From positions 2,843 through 66,842 of the forward strand of contig JBPCUN010000019.1 in NCBI GenBank assembly GCA_051011115.1: a stretch of 64,000 nt of DNA, read 5' to 3'. The position numbers were made by a program, and so were the translations under genes. Source of the DNA: Weeksellaceae bacterium. GTDB taxonomy: Bacteria; Bacteroidota; Bacteroidia; Flavobacteriales; Weeksellaceae. Shown one piece after another: positions 10,101 through 20,496 of the stretch (position 1 is its first letter; each line of letters begins with the position of its first letter). Below the pieces are notes generated by a model. It was not told where the DNA came from, did no database searches, and saw only the letters and a list, made by a program, of their open reading frames with translations.

Positions 10101-11625
10101 ACATACTAGCTGTAGGCGCAGGATCGGTCCAAGCTATGGTTACTTTTAATGGTTCTGAACCATCAGCTGTTACCTGCATCGTATATGTATCGTTATTTTT
10201 TAAACTTTCCTCTTTGATCACACTATATGTCTTATTGGCAGAGATGGCCATTGCAGCATTATAAGCATTTAAAAGTCCCCATCCACTAGCATAATCTGGC
10301 CCCACATGCGGACCTGCCTCACTAGCAGTCCCTGTAGCTAAAGCTTTAAGGGTTGCAGAACGCATAAACTTGCCCTCGTTTTCTTTGCTATAATGTTCTT
10401 GTAACAGTAACAATGATCCAGTAACATTAGGAGATGCCATAGACGTTCCACTTATAGACTGATAAGCATCATCCGCCGAAGAAAATGGAGAAAAAACATC
10501 TACTCCAATTCCTGAAATATCTGGCTTTATTCTACCATCATCCACAGGACCTGTTGAGCTAAAGTTAGCCATTACAACATCTGAACCCTGCGTATATGCT
10601 CCAACCAACTTTTCTGCTGCCCCTACAGTCAATATATTTTTACCTAATGAACCACGGTTTATAATATCAAACCCTTCTGGCCCACCATTTTTTTGACGTT
10701 CCTTGGTTGATTCCTTCCAAACATACTTATCAGCAGCTTCATCATACACTCTTACATAGTGTAATCCACCTTTTTCAGGACCTCCACCTTTATCATTACC
10801 AGCCGCCTTTACAGGAAGGTAAAATGGAGCATTTACAGCAATTATATCATAGTCTCTATCTGCTGAGGTATATTTACCAAAGCCAGCATATTCAGTCTCT
10901 TCGTCACCTCCAAGCCAATGCCATCCTGTAACTCCAGACCAGTCTCCCCATGCAAAACCTGCGGGAAAACCATAAGAATGATTAGAAACTAAAGCACCAT
11001 TTTTAGCAGCTTCAGCCATTTCAATTTCATCATCGTTCCAATCATAAGCATCTAAATGTGCTTTAGGTGCCATTCCCTTAGCAGCTCCATTTACACCAGC
11101 AGCAATCATAGTACCCGCTACGTGAGTAGAATGATCACTAAAGCTTGTTGCTCCATCTTTTTGCGTAACTCTTCCACCAAACTCTTGATGTGTCGGACGA
11201 ACTCCGCCACCATCCCACTCATGCACAATCATATCCTCACCATCAAGATTAAATATCCCGGCAGAAGAATTTATTTTATCTGTAAACGTTCCTCTTGCAG
11301 CATCAGCATTGAAGGTAATATAGTATAATGGCTCTTTGGTCCACTTATCAAAACCTACGAGTTGATATTTTCTACCATCAACTTCTCCAGAGAATTTAAT
11401 ATTTCTCTCCATCGCCATCGTTTTCAATTGATGAATAGAAAGACTGCTTTTCTCTAAATGCTGTTGTAGCTGTGTTAAATTTTGAAGATTTGATTCCGAT
11501 CTGATCTTCTGAACTTGAAGTGGCGTTTGTGCTAAACCTATGACTGGTAGTAGCATTAAACTGGCCGCTATGGGCATAATTTTTCTTTGATTAAAAGAGA
11601 AATTTAAAAAAGTAGATTTCCTCAT
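7177..11625 (-). CDS. T9SS-secreted S8 (subtilisin-family) serine protease with cleaved-adhesin and PKD domains
   Basis: Signal peptide; catalytic triad in HEWDGG, DHSTHVAG and GTSMASP; two PKD-like repeats; two DIDGDG/DNNKDG...DWL adhesin domains; T9SS CTD VYPNPS...GVYILNL...KIIIK. Confidence 0.88.
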   Translation of the reverse strand: MRKSTFLNFSFNQRKIMPIAASLMLLPVIGLAQTPLQVQKIRSESNLQNLTQLQQHLEKSSLSIHQLKTMAMERNIKFSGEVDGRKYQLVGFDKWTKEPLYYITFNADAARGTFTDKINSSAGIFNLDGEDMIVHEWDGGGVRPTHQEFGGRVTQKDGATSFSDHSTHVAGTMIAAGVNGAAKGMAPKAHLDAYDWNDDEIEMAEAAKNGALVSNHSYGFPAGFAWGDWSGVTGWHWLGGDEETEYAGFGKYTSADRDYDIIAVNAPFYLPVKAAGNDKGGGPEKGGLHYVRVYDEAADKYVWKESTKERQKNGGPEGFDIINRGSLGKNILTVGAAEKLVGAYTQGSDVVMANFSSTGPVDDGRIKPDISGIGVDVFSPFSSADDAYQSISGTSMASPNVTGSLLLLQEHYSKENEGKFMRSATLKALATGTASEAGPHVGPDYASGWGLLNAYNAAMAISANKTYSVIKEESLKNNDTYTMQVTADGSEPLKVTIAWTDPAPTASMFPSDTLNDRTPLLVNDLDVRITKDGETFLPWKLDPTNPGAAAQKGDNLVDNVEQVMIPNPTPGAVYDISVTHKGTLKKNNFKETSYGMVVELEDTEAQDFSMVVTGINNGVAVDLALDKVEVKVSKLEYTAATPVEFTVLNKGSEPAVNGKLKYSLINSDDNDQVIKTAEVDLGTLAPNSTKAVTVELDLTIPFAHYRIEGEVVIENDAFDKNNKNQGTAFSYLVDLRPEDTRFDFGFESNFEAYGWISEDIDGDGRTFRKYDGANFAKTGNSFAISFSDSDKGVNDWLFSNPIYVKANTKYRVIYNTAKFRNDEENIALYFGDNPASESMVNKLGQETIPLFGGLDKRYAKYAYEFEVPTDKIIYIGFNNLVKKGVYTYAVSVDDVVVERAEGEPVVEFGANNIEPTTFDEVLFTGNVIAPSNDPATSYTWEFTPNTVEFVKGTNASSLKPKVKFNAEGKYTVTLKATNKAGEGLATREEYINVFNIKTKANYEASKTTVYEGESVTFTNLSEGKPEPTEFKWSVSPTDGVEFLTDDTAENLVVRFNNEGEYAVSLEATSKLNSHVYTSADKIVVKSSHLPVQNLTGELDQGSGNVKLNWERPELLPLYTESFTNPEDIPADMKVYDNNKDGMPWIILSSSGYKETPAVVGISWFYSPYQKDDWLLTPKVRSGAEVLKYLVKNEYTERYDIYVVPATKTGDFPTVEEILETGTIVRTNDGEVKHPEFEEVSVDISEATGQDFHIAFHHRTLDTDDSFWLFFDDLMIGYTNSPYHANAKGANSEGSEILNTVYEAKTNRNILLPYGLIDDAKLSVDDTKINFGVLGLPEFKGYRVEKADVEVKTTADMYDTTYEETLKANGKYTYNVYAMYSDRDSEPVSITFDLTNLSTIDLEGSNALRVYPNPSNGMFIVEQNTTVTSFKAEVYNLAGQLIYQDTFNGNKAELNLMQYATGVYILNLVDDQGNLKTAKIIIK

Positions 11626-11799
11626 GTGTTATTATGTTTTGTTAATAGCCATCTAATTAAGTCAATTTTAAGTTAAAATGCAAATAGAATACTAAATAAT
11701 TTGCAGTAATTCTATGATTATGTAACATTATTATCAAATTAGTAATTAACATTTCCTAAAATAGTGAAGGGAAAATGGCACTCAATTTTACAATAAATC

Positions 11800-11847
11800 A
11801 AAAAATAAGACACATCACTAAAATTTCTTTAATGACATGCCTTATTT
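11800..11847 (-). terminator. Intrinsic terminator of pyc
   Basis: On the minus strand TAAGGCATGTCATTAAA-GAAAT-TTTAGTGATGTGTCTTA pairs using G-U wobbles and is followed by TTTTT. Confidence 0.65.
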
Positions 11848-11877
11848 AAGATAATGAAAATTGTATGCAAAAATTTG

Positions 11878-14800
11878 TTAACTATCCATAATCATTATCA
11901 AATCATTGCTATCCACAAGACTGCCAGATGGCAATTGAACTTTAATTACTTTTCCTGCTTTATGTGCGGTAACGGTAGTTTCCATTTTCATGGCTTCTAT
12001 AATAAAGAGTGGTTGATTTTGTTTAACCCTCTCTCCTTCCTTTACTAAAACTGCGGAAAGCATCCCCTGTAAGGGTGCTCCAATTTGCGATTTAGAATCA
12101 TCTGCTTTTACATTGGCAACTTTGTCAACTAAAATATTTTGATCTTTGATTAAAGTTGTACGCATTTGACCATTAATTTTGAAATATATCGTCACATTAC
12201 CATCTTCATCTGGCTCTCCTATTTGCTGAAGTGAAATCAAAACAGTTTTCCCAGGTTGCAGATCTACCATGATTTCTTCTCCTATTTCTAGACCATAGAA
12301 AAAATTCTTGGTTGGCAATTGCATTACATTTCCATAAATCAAATGCTTCTCAAAAGCATCTTTGAAAACTTTCGGATAGAGTTTATAGGATAAGAAATCT
12401 GTCATGTCCAATGATCTATCCAACTCTCTTTCATATTCATTTTTAAATTCCTCGAACTCTTTATCAAAGTCTATGGGTGCCAAATGGGCGTTTGGGCGAT
12501 CGGTGTATGGCTTTTCTCCCTTTAGAATTATATCCTGAACATGCTGAGGAAATCCTCCTACTGGCTGCCCTAAATCCCCTTTGAAAAACCCAATCACAGA
12601 TTGTGGGAAAGAGATAGTATCTCCTTTTTCAAGCACATCTTGTATCGTTAAACCATTACTGATGAGGTATTGTGCCATATCTCCAACGACTTTAGAACTT
12701 GGCGTCACCTTCACAATATTCCCAAAAAGATCATTCACTTCCCCATACATTTTAGTAACTTCTGTGAATTTATTTTCCAAACCTAGAGCTATTGCCTGCC
12801 CTTTTAAATTGGAATATTGTCCTCCTGGAATTTCATGTTTATAAACCTCCCCTGTACCCGCCTTCAACCCACTTTCAAATGGATAATAATACTTCCTCAC
12901 AGCTTCCCAATAATTAGCGTATTCTGCTAGTTTTTCATCATTGATGTTGTTTTCTCTTTCAGTGAACCTCACCATCTCTACCACAGCATTAAAGTTAGGC
13001 TGAGAAGTTAATCCAGACAAGCCCCCTAAAGCTACATCTACTACATCCACGCCCGCCTCTATGGCCTTCATGTAGGTAGCAGCTTGTATAGAAGAGGTAT
13101 CATGGGTGTGCAAATGAATCGGTAAGTTAATTTCTGATTTCAGGGCAGATACTAACTCAAAAGCTGCTTGAGGCTTCAATAAACCTGCCATATCTTTAAT
13201 CGCTAGTATATGGGCACCAGCGTTTTCAATATCTTTGGCGAGTTGCACATAATATTTAAGGTCGTATTTTGTTTCATGAGGATTTAGAATATCTCCTGTA
13301 TAGCAAATGGAAACTTCTGCCAAACCTCCTGTTCTGTTTCTTACATGATTAATACAAGGCTCTATTGATTTCATCCAGTTCAAAGAATCAAATATTCTAA
13401 AAATATCTACCCCAGTTTCCCAAGATTTTTCTACAAACTTTTCTATTAAATTATCTGGGTATGCCGTATATCCAACTCCATTTGACCCTCTAATAAGCAT
13501 CTGTAATAAGATATTAGGCACTGCCTCACGTATCAAAGTCAAACGCTCCCAAGGATTTTCTTGTAAAAAACGCATACAAACATCAAAGGTAGCTCCACCC
13601 CAGACTTCCATACTGAAAACCTCTGGATGATTTTTAGCAAAGCCTTCTGCCACCTTCAACATATCTATGGTACGCATCCTAGTGGCCAATAAACTCTGGT
13701 GCGCATCCCGCATGGTGGTGTCTGTAAAGTGAATTTTCTTTTCATTCTTCAGCCATTCAGCAAATTTCTCTGGACCTAACTCGGTCAATAAGTCTTTGGT
13801 TCCTTTCGGATAACCATCTATTTTTGGTACAGAAGGAACTATAGGTTTAGTAAATTTGTAATCTGGATTATAAATTTTAATGTCTGGATTGCCATTCACC
13901 ACAACTTCTCCTAAGTAATTGATTAATTTGTTTACTCTATTTCTAGGGATTTTAAATTCAAATAGAGAAGGGGTGTTTTGAATAAAATTGACATTTACTT
14001 TTCCATCTCTAAAAGTCTCATTAATTAAGATATTATCCAAAAAAGCCATATTAGTTTTCACACCACGCACACGGAATTCCTCTAAAGCACGGCGCATTTT
14101 TCTACAAGCACCATCTAAAGTTCTACTATGTGCAGAAACCTTCACAAGCATAGAATCAAAAAATGGGGAAATCCTAACCCCTGGATAAATACTACCTGCA
14201 TCTAACCGAATTCCAAATCCTGACGCACTTCTATAAGTTGTTACGATTCCATAATCTGGTTTAAAATCATTCGCCGGATCTTCTGTAGTTACCCTACATT
14301 GTAATGCATATCCAGAAACCTGAATTGACTCTTGGCTAGGTATTTTAATTTGAGTGTCTGCTAATTGATATCCTCCAGCAATAAATAATTGGGTTTTAAC
14401 TAAATCTATATTAGTTATCATTTCGGTGACTGTATGCTCTACTTGTATACGAGGATTTACTTCTATAAAATATATCTCATCATGCTCATCTAAAAGAAAC
14501 TCAACGGTTCCGATATTGTTATAGTCTACCGCTTTACAAATATCTAAGGCATATTGATACATTTTTTCTTTGATTCCCGCCTTCAATCCGTAGGACGGTG
14601 CAAATTCCATAACTTTCTGGTAACGACGCTGTACAGAACAATCTCTTTCATATAAATGAACCATATTACCATGGTTATCTGCAACAATTTGAATTTCTAT
14701 ATGCTTTGGATTCTCTACATATTTCTCTAGAAAAACGGTATCATCACCAAAAGCACTTTTCGCTTCTCTTTTAGATTCTGGGAAGGATTTTCGTAATTGC

Positions 14801-15330
14801 TCTTGATTTCTAATCACACGCATTCCCCTACCTCCACCACCAGATGCTGCTTTTAGCATTAATGGATATCCAATGTTTTCTGCCTCTTCTAATGCGACAT
14901 CAATGTTTATTAAATCCTTTATGCTGCTTTGGATGATAGGAACCTGATTATCAAAAGCAACCTCTTTAGCCATAATCTTGTCTCCGAGTGATTTTAAAAC
15001 CTCCACCTTCGGGCCAATAAATATAATTCCGTTCTCTTCACATCTTCTAGCAAATTCAGCGTTTTCTGATAGAAAACCATAACCAGGGTGTATAGCATCT
15101 GCACTTGTTTTCAATGCAACTTCTATGATGGCATCTATGTCTAGGTATGGTTTTAAAGGCTCATTTTCAGCTCCAATTTGGTAGCATTCATCTGCCTTGT
15201 ACCTATGCAAAGAATACCTATCCTCATAGGTGTAAACTCCAATGGTTTTTAACCCAATCTCTACACAAGATCTAAATATTCTTATCGCAATTTCTCCTCT
15301 GTTGGCGACTAATACACTTTTGATTTTCAT
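11878..15330 (-). CDS. pyc: Pyruvate carboxylase
   Basis: Biotin carboxylase domain (VLVANRGEIA, HPGYGFLSEN), carboxyltransferase domain (RDAHQSLLATR, HLHTHDT) and C-terminal EAMKME. ATG at 15330 preferred. Confidence 0.95.
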   Translation of the reverse strand: MKIKSVLVANRGEIAIRIFRSCVEIGLKTIGVYTYEDRYSLHRYKADECYQIGAENEPLKPYLDIDAIIEVALKTSADAIHPGYGFLSENAEFARRCEENGIIFIGPKVEVLKSLGDKIMAKEVAFDNQVPIIQSSIKDLINIDVALEEAENIGYPLMLKAASGGGGRGMRVIRNQEQLRKSFPESKREAKSAFGDDTVFLEKYVENPKHIEIQIVADNHGNMVHLYERDCSVQRRYQKVMEFAPSYGLKAGIKEKMYQYALDICKAVDYNNIGTVEFLLDEHDEIYFIEVNPRIQVEHTVTEMITNIDLVKTQLFIAGGYQLADTQIKIPSQESIQVSGYALQCRVTTEDPANDFKPDYGIVTTYRSASGFGIRLDAGSIYPGVRISPFFDSMLVKVSAHSRTLDGACRKMRRALEEFRVRGVKTNMAFLDNILINETFRDGKVNVNFIQNTPSLFEFKIPRNRVNKLINYLGEVVVNGNPDIKIYNPDYKFTKPIVPSVPKIDGYPKGTKDLLTELGPEKFAEWLKNEKKIHFTDTTMRDAHQSLLATRMRTIDMLKVAEGFAKNHPEVFSMEVWGGATFDVCMRFLQENPWERLTLIREAVPNILLQMLIRGSNGVGYTAYPDNLIEKFVEKSWETGVDIFRIFDSLNWMKSIEPCINHVRNRTGGLAEVSICYTGDILNPHETKYDLKYYVQLAKDIENAGAHILAIKDMAGLLKPQAAFELVSALKSEINLPIHLHTHDTSSIQAATYMKAIEAGVDVVDVALGGLSGLTSQPNFNAVVEMVRFTERENNINDEKLAEYANYWEAVRKYYYPFESGLKAGTGEVYKHEIPGGQYSNLKGQAIALGLENKFTEVTKMYGEVNDLFGNIVKVTPSSKVVGDMAQYLISNGLTIQDVLEKGDTISFPQSVIGFFKGDLGQPVGGFPQHVQDIILKGEKPYTDRPNAHLAPIDFDKEFEEFKNEYERELDRSLDMTDFLSYKLYPKVFKDAFEKHLIYGNVMQLPTKNFFYGLEIGEEIMVDLQPGKTVLISLQQIGEPDEDGNVTIYFKINGQMRTTLIKDQNILVDKVANVKADDSKSQIGAPLQGMLSAVLVKEGERVKQNQPLFIIEAMKMETTVTAHKAGKVIKVQLPSGSLVDSNDLIMIMDS

Positions 15331-15512
15331 TCTGGCAAGATTAAGTCTTATAAATTTATCATGCTTCAATAAGATAAAAAAATTACTAAAGTTGTTTTAA
15401 TGTTAAATTTACAATCTTGACAAATATTAATTTGAGGTATTCATTGTACCTGATATGAATAAAGCATCGTTTAGTATCAATTTTATATCTTTAGCTCTTA
15501 AATTAAGCATAC

Positions 15513-18326
15513 ATGGACAACCCCAATAAAGATAATCGGCTATTTTTACTAGATGCATATGCACTCATTTTTAGAGGTTATTATGCTTTTATAAAGAATC
15601 CTCGAATCAATTCCAAAGGACAAAACACCTCTGCCATTATGGGGTTTATGAATTCCTTATTAGATGTGATGAAGCGCGAAAAACCTACGCATTTGGCCGT
15701 AGTCTTTGATGTTTCTTCTACACAAACCTTACGACACGAGTACTTTCCGGACTATAAAGCTAATAGGGACGAAACACCCGACGGCATTAAAACCGCAATT
15801 CCATATATACAAGAAATCTTAAAGGCAATGCATATTCCTGTATTATTTGCAGAAGGATATGAGGCCGATGACGTGATTGGTACGCTATCTAGAAAAGCAA
15901 GCGAAAAAGGCTATACCACCTTTATGATGACTCCAGATAAGGATTTCGCCCAGTTGGTGTGCGACAATGTAAAAATGTATAAACCATCCTCTAGAGGAGG
16001 GGGAATTGAAATTTGGGGTGTAGAGGAAATTAAAGAAAAATTTGGAGTAGATGAACCCAAGCAAGTGATAGATTTACTTGGAATGATGGGAGATAGCGCA
16101 GATAATATCCCTGGAATCCCTGGAATCGGTCCTAAAACGGCTTCTAAATTTATCAAGAAATATGGAAGTTTAGAAGGTCTTTATGAAAATACAGACGACC
16201 TCAAAGGAAAACAAAAAGAAAAGGTTATTGAATTTAAAGATCAAGCCTTTTTATCTAAAAAACTCGCTACAATTCTCATAGATGCTCCAGTAGAATTTAT
16301 TGAAGAAAACTTTACAGTAGACAAGCCCGATTTTGATAGAGTAAAAGAAATCTTTGCGGAGCTAGAGTTCAGACGATTATTAGAGAATCTGTATAAAACT
16401 TATAATGTAGAAGATAAATTAGCAGAAGATAAGCCAAGCATCACTGATGGTGATCAAATTTCGATGTTTGATACGGCAGAGAGTTCATCCGATACCGAAG
16501 TACGTTCTGAGTCTGGCTTTCAAACGATTCATACGAGAGAACATTTATACCAATTAGTTGATTCTCCTTTAGGCAGAAAATTATTATTACAAAACTTATT
16601 AAAACAAAAAGAAGTTTGTATAGATACTGAAACTACGAGCCTCAAATCTCTAAATGCAGAATTGGTTGGTATATCATTTTCTTATGAACACGGTCAGGGC
16701 TTCTATGTGACCATTCCTGAGGATTTTGAGGAAGCCAAGGCTATTATACAGGAATTTAAACCCTTATTAGAAAGTAAAGAAATCATCAAAATTGGACAGA
16801 ACATCAAATACGATATTAAAGTATTGTACAAATATGGTATTCAATTATCGGCTCCAGTTTTTGATACGATGGTGGCACATTATTTAATCAATCCTGATAT
16901 GCGCCATAATTTGGATGTTTTATCAGAAACATACCTCCATTATAAACCTGTAAGCATTATAGATTTAATTGGGAAAAAAGGTAAAAATCAAAAAAACTTT
17001 AGAGAAGTAGAGCTAGAGCATCAGAAAGAATATGCTGTAGAGGATACAGATTTAACCCTACAACTTAAAAACCTATTTCAACCCCAATTAAAAGAAACTA
17101 ACGCAACGAAATTAGCAGAGGAGTTAGAATTTCCGCTAATTCACGTTTTAGCAGAAATGGAAAAGGAAGGAATTACATTAGACAAAGAAGCATTAGCAAA
17201 ATTATCAGGTGAATTAGAAAATGATCTTAATAGATTGGAAAAAACCATATTTAAAGATGCAGGACAAGAATTTAACGTGAATTCTCCAAAGCAATTAGGA
17301 GAAATCTTGTTTGATGAATTAAAAATTATAGATAAACCTAAAAAAACCAAAACAGGCCAATATAGAACATCAGAAGATATTTTAGTAGAAATGAAAGACA
17401 AACATCCAATTATTAAAGATGTTTTAGAATATCGCCAGCTTCAAAAATTAAAATCTACTTATGTTGATTCTTTACCAAAAGAAATCAATAAAAAAACTGG
17501 CCGCGTACATACGGTATTCGCCCAAACAGTTGCGGCTACAGGTAGATTAGCCTCTAATAATCCAAACTTACAGAATATCCCGATCCGTACATTGAGAGGA
17601 CAAGAAGTAAGAAAAGCTTTTATTCCAAAAAATAATGATTATGTTTTATTAGCTGCCGATTATTCCCAAATAGAATTAAGGCTAATTGCATCATTATCTG
17701 GTGATGAAGCAATGAAAGAATCCTTCTTAAATGGTGAAGATATCCATACGGCAACAGCTGCTAGAATTTTTGATATTCCACTAGACCAAGTGACCAGAGA
17801 GCAACGTAGTAATGCTAAAACTGTTAATTTTGGGATTATATATGGCGTATCTGCTTTTGGACTTAGCAATCAAACTGATTTATCTAGGGCTGAGTCTAAA
17901 GACCTCATAGATATATACTTTAAAACTTATCCAAAATTAAAGGCGTATATAGATAATCAAATAGCCATAGCTAGAGAGCAAGGTTACGTAGAGACTGTGC
18001 TGGGTAGAAGAAGATATTTAAAAGATATTAATTCTAGAAATCATGTAGTAAGAAGTCATGCAGAGAGAAATGCGGTGAATGCACCTGTACAAGGTAGTGC
18101 AGCAGACATTATTAAACTTGCCATGGTAAGACTTCATGAAATATTGAAAGATTACAAAACCAAGATGTTATTGCAAGTACATGATGAGCTAGTATTTGAA
18201 GTTCCAAAGGTAGAAATAGAGGTTATTACGCCAATCATTAAAGAAACCATGGAAAATACTTTTCCGTTTGATATTCCTTTAACAGTAGAATGTGGCATTG
18301 GAAATAACTGGCTAGAAGCACATTAA
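15513..18326 (+). CDS. polA: DNA polymerase I
   Basis: 5'-3' exonuclease (LLDAYALIFR, EADDVIG), 3'-5' exonuclease (DTETT) and polymerase motifs DYSQIELR, KTVNFGIIYG, QVHDEL. Confidence 0.97.
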   Translation: MDNPNKDNRLFLLDAYALIFRGYYAFIKNPRINSKGQNTSAIMGFMNSLLDVMKREKPTHLAVVFDVSSTQTLRHEYFPDYKANRDETPDGIKTAIPYIQEILKAMHIPVLFAEGYEADDVIGTLSRKASEKGYTTFMMTPDKDFAQLVCDNVKMYKPSSRGGGIEIWGVEEIKEKFGVDEPKQVIDLLGMMGDSADNIPGIPGIGPKTASKFIKKYGSLEGLYENTDDLKGKQKEKVIEFKDQAFLSKKLATILIDAPVEFIEENFTVDKPDFDRVKEIFAELEFRRLLENLYKTYNVEDKLAEDKPSITDGDQISMFDTAESSSDTEVRSESGFQTIHTREHLYQLVDSPLGRKLLLQNLLKQKEVCIDTETTSLKSLNAELVGISFSYEHGQGFYVTIPEDFEEAKAIIQEFKPLLESKEIIKIGQNIKYDIKVLYKYGIQLSAPVFDTMVAHYLINPDMRHNLDVLSETYLHYKPVSIIDLIGKKGKNQKNFREVELEHQKEYAVEDTDLTLQLKNLFQPQLKETNATKLAEELEFPLIHVLAEMEKEGITLDKEALAKLSGELENDLNRLEKTIFKDAGQEFNVNSPKQLGEILFDELKIIDKPKKTKTGQYRTSEDILVEMKDKHPIIKDVLEYRQLQKLKSTYVDSLPKEINKKTGRVHTVFAQTVAATGRLASNNPNLQNIPIRTLRGQEVRKAFIPKNNDYVLLAADYSQIELRLIASLSGDEAMKESFLNGEDIHTATAARIFDIPLDQVTREQRSNAKTVNFGIIYGVSAFGLSNQTDLSRAESKDLIDIYFKTYPKLKAYIDNQIAIAREQGYVETVLGRRRYLKDINSRNHVVRSHAERNAVNAPVQGSAADIIKLAMVRLHEILKDYKTKMLLQVHDELVFEVPKVEIEVITPIIKETMENTFPFDIPLTVECGIGNNWLEAH

Positions 18327-18424
18327 ATAATATAAATTGCATAAAAATCATCTAAATTGCAGATTTTCATAAAAGATTTAACAAAATGGACTGGTTTTTG
18401 CAAATTTCACATACCCAATAAGAA

Positions 18425-18886
18425 ATGAAGGTGGAACAGAAGGAGGTAAGAATAAAAAATAGAAAGGCGAAATTCAATTATGATTTGATTGAAAGCTTTA
18501 CTGCAGGCATCAAGCTACAAGGAACAGAAATTAAATCTATTCGTTTAGGCAAGGCCAGCATTGCAGAAGCATTCTGTGAAATCAAGAATGGGGAAGCCTA
18601 TATTGTAAACATGCATATTGATGAATATGCTTGGGGATCTTACGCTAATCACAAAATAAGAAGAGAGCGTAAACTTTTGTTAAATAAAGGAGAATTAAAA
18701 AAACTTGAAAGGAAAACTCAAGAGTCAGGACTTACAATAGTACCTACGCTTCTATTTATTAATAAAAGAGGACTAGCTAAATTGAATATTTCATTAGCGA
18801 AAGGTAAAAAGCTATATGATAAAAGAAATTCAATAAAAGAAAAAGATTTGAAGCGAGATATACAAAGAGTTCAAAAGAATTTCTAA
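18425..18886 (+). CDS. smpB: SsrA-binding protein
   Basis: [35 protein letters not shown]. Confidence 0.96.
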   Translation: MKVEQKEVRIKNRKAKFNYDLIESFTAGIKLQGTEIKSIRLGKASIAEAFCEIKNGEAYIVNMHIDEYAWGSYANHKIRRERKLLLNKGELKKLERKTQESGLTIVPTLLFINKRGLAKLNISLAKGKKLYDKRNSIKEKDLKRDIQRVQKNF

Positions 18887-18948
18887 ATTTGTAATTATTA
18901 TTGCATCATTAATAAATTAGACATAAAACAAGTTAAAATTAATTGTAT

Positions 18949-20400
18949 ATGAAAAAGATGAATTTAGTGCTTTCCCTAGCATTTGCCTTATTATTAGGTA
19001 CGCAGGCTACAGCACAAAATGCACAGAATCCATGGGGAATTACCGTGGGTGCACATGCGGTAGACCATACGTCTGTTCGCGGTGTATTCGATGGTTTTTT
19101 TGACTATGATGACTACTCAGTAGTACCACCATTATCTAAATTATCAATTACTCGCCACTTAGGTGGAAAGTTTTCTGCAGATCTTACTGCTTCTGTAGGT
19201 GAAGTGGATAACAGTAGATTGATGGTTGATGATAAGTTATTTATCAACGCTGGTTTAGGTTTACGTATGAATGTACTAAACGATAGCTGGTTTGATCCTT
19301 ATTTAAGAGTTGGTGCTGGATACCACAGATTTGATTACGAAGGTATCAAAATTGACAACGACAATCCAAGAACTGTTTTAGACGGAACTGGAGCCAACGG
19401 AAGCAATATGGTATATGGTGAATTTGAAGGTAAAAAAGATTATTTTGTAGCACAAGCTGGTCTAGGTCTTAATTTATGGATCACAGATAATATAGGGATT
19501 AACTTGGCATCTGATTATAATGCTGCACCTAGTGAAGAGTCTGATTATGTGAATTTCTTTCAACATACAGCTGGTGTAACATTCAAATTTGGAAAACAAG
19601 ATAGAGATAAAGACGGTATTCCTGATGAGGAAGATGCATGTCCAGATACTTGGGGTCTAGAAGAATTTGATGGATGTCCTGATACGGATGGAGACGGAAT
19701 CCGTGATTTAGATGACGCCTGTCCAGAAGTTGCTGGTTTACCAGAATTTGACGGATGTCCTGATACAGATGGTGATGGTGTTGGTGACAATGTGGATAAG
19801 TGTCCTAATGAAGCTGGTCCAGTTGACAACAATGGATGCCCTTGGCCAGATACTGACGGTGATGGTCTTACAGATAACTTAGACAAATGTCCTAATGAGG
19901 CAGGTCCTAGAGAAAATGGTGGATGTCCTTGGCCAGATACTGATGGTGATGGTTTCACTGACAATGTAGATAAATGTCCTAATGAAGCTGGCGTTGCACC
20001 TGATGGATGCCCAGAAGCTGCTGTTATGGTAGAAAACATTAACGTAGGGTTTGTAGTTGAGTTTGATTATGACAAAGCAACAATTCGCGAATCTTCAATT
20101 GCAAAAGTTCAAGAAAAAGCTGATCAAATTAGCAGAGCATTAGAAGTATATCCAGACATGACATTATATATTGATGGTCATACAGATAGTAAAGGATCTG
20201 CAAAATATAATAAAAACCTTTCTCAAAAACGTGCTGCATCTATCGTAAAAGCATTAGAGGCTAGAGGGATTAAAGAAGGTGCTTTAACTCCTAGAGGTTT
20301 AGGTGAATCTGTTCCGAAATGTACTAATGATACAGAAGAAGGAAGACAATGTAATAGACGTGTAGAGGTAACAATTAAATCTACAGGAGATAAGAAATAA
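18949..20400 (+). CDS. ompA: Major outer membrane protein OmpA family: N-terminal barrel, thrombospondin type-3 repeats, C-terminal peptidoglycan-binding domain
   Basis: Signal peptide, barrel ending GVTFKFG, DxDGDG..D.CP repeats, GHTDSKG...NLSQKRA...NRRVE. Confidence 0.88.
   Translation: MKKMNLVLSLAFALLLGTQATAQNAQNPWGITVGAHAVDHTSVRGVFDGFFDYDDYSVVPPLSKLSITRHLGGKFSADLTASVGEVDNSRLMVDDKLFINAGLGLRMNVLNDSWFDPYLRVGAGYHRFDYEGIKIDNDNPRTVLDGTGANGSNMVYGEFEGKKDYFVAQAGLGLNLWITDNIGINLASDYNAAPSEESDYVNFFQHTAGVTFKFGKQDRDKDGIPDEEDACPDTWGLEEFDGCPDTDGDGIRDLDDACPEVAGLPEFDGCPDTDGDGVGDNVDKCPNEAGPVDNNGCPWPDTDGDGLTDNLDKCPNEAGPRENGGCPWPDTDGDGFTDNVDKCPNEAGVAPDGCPEAAVMVENINVGFVVEFDYDKATIRESSIAKVQEKADQISRALEVYPDMTLYIDGHTDSKGSAKYNKNLSQKRAASIVKALEARGIKEGALTPRGLGESVPKCTNDTEEGRQCNRRVEVTIKSTGDKK
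19600..20013 (+). repeat. Five coding thrombospondin type-3 (Ca-binding) repeats within ompA
   Basis: Five units of about 26-29 aa, DxDxDGxxDxxDxCP...GCP; DNA-level repeats such as CCTTGGCCAGATACTGA and TGTCCTAATGA. Confidence 0.85.
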
Positions 20401-20426
20401 TTCTTATTATAAACTATAACACATGC

Positions 20427-20456
20427 AAGCTGCCCTATACGGGGCAGCTTTTTTTT
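20427..20456 (+). terminator. Intrinsic terminator after ompA
   Basis: AAGCTGCCCT-ATAC-GGGGCAGCTT followed by a T-tract. Confidence 0.85.
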
Positions 20457-20496
20457 GGTATCTATTTTGCTTATATCATAGGTAGAAATTATAAAA

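Noticed and set aside
18425-18942. tmRNA near smpB
   Set aside because: The intergenic gaps are too short and no tmRNA termini are visible.
19560-20039. 159-aa antisense ORF with repeated PSPSVSG...ASLGHLS units
   Set aside because: It is the reverse-strand shadow of the ompA thrombospondin repeats, not an independent gene or a CRISPR-like array.
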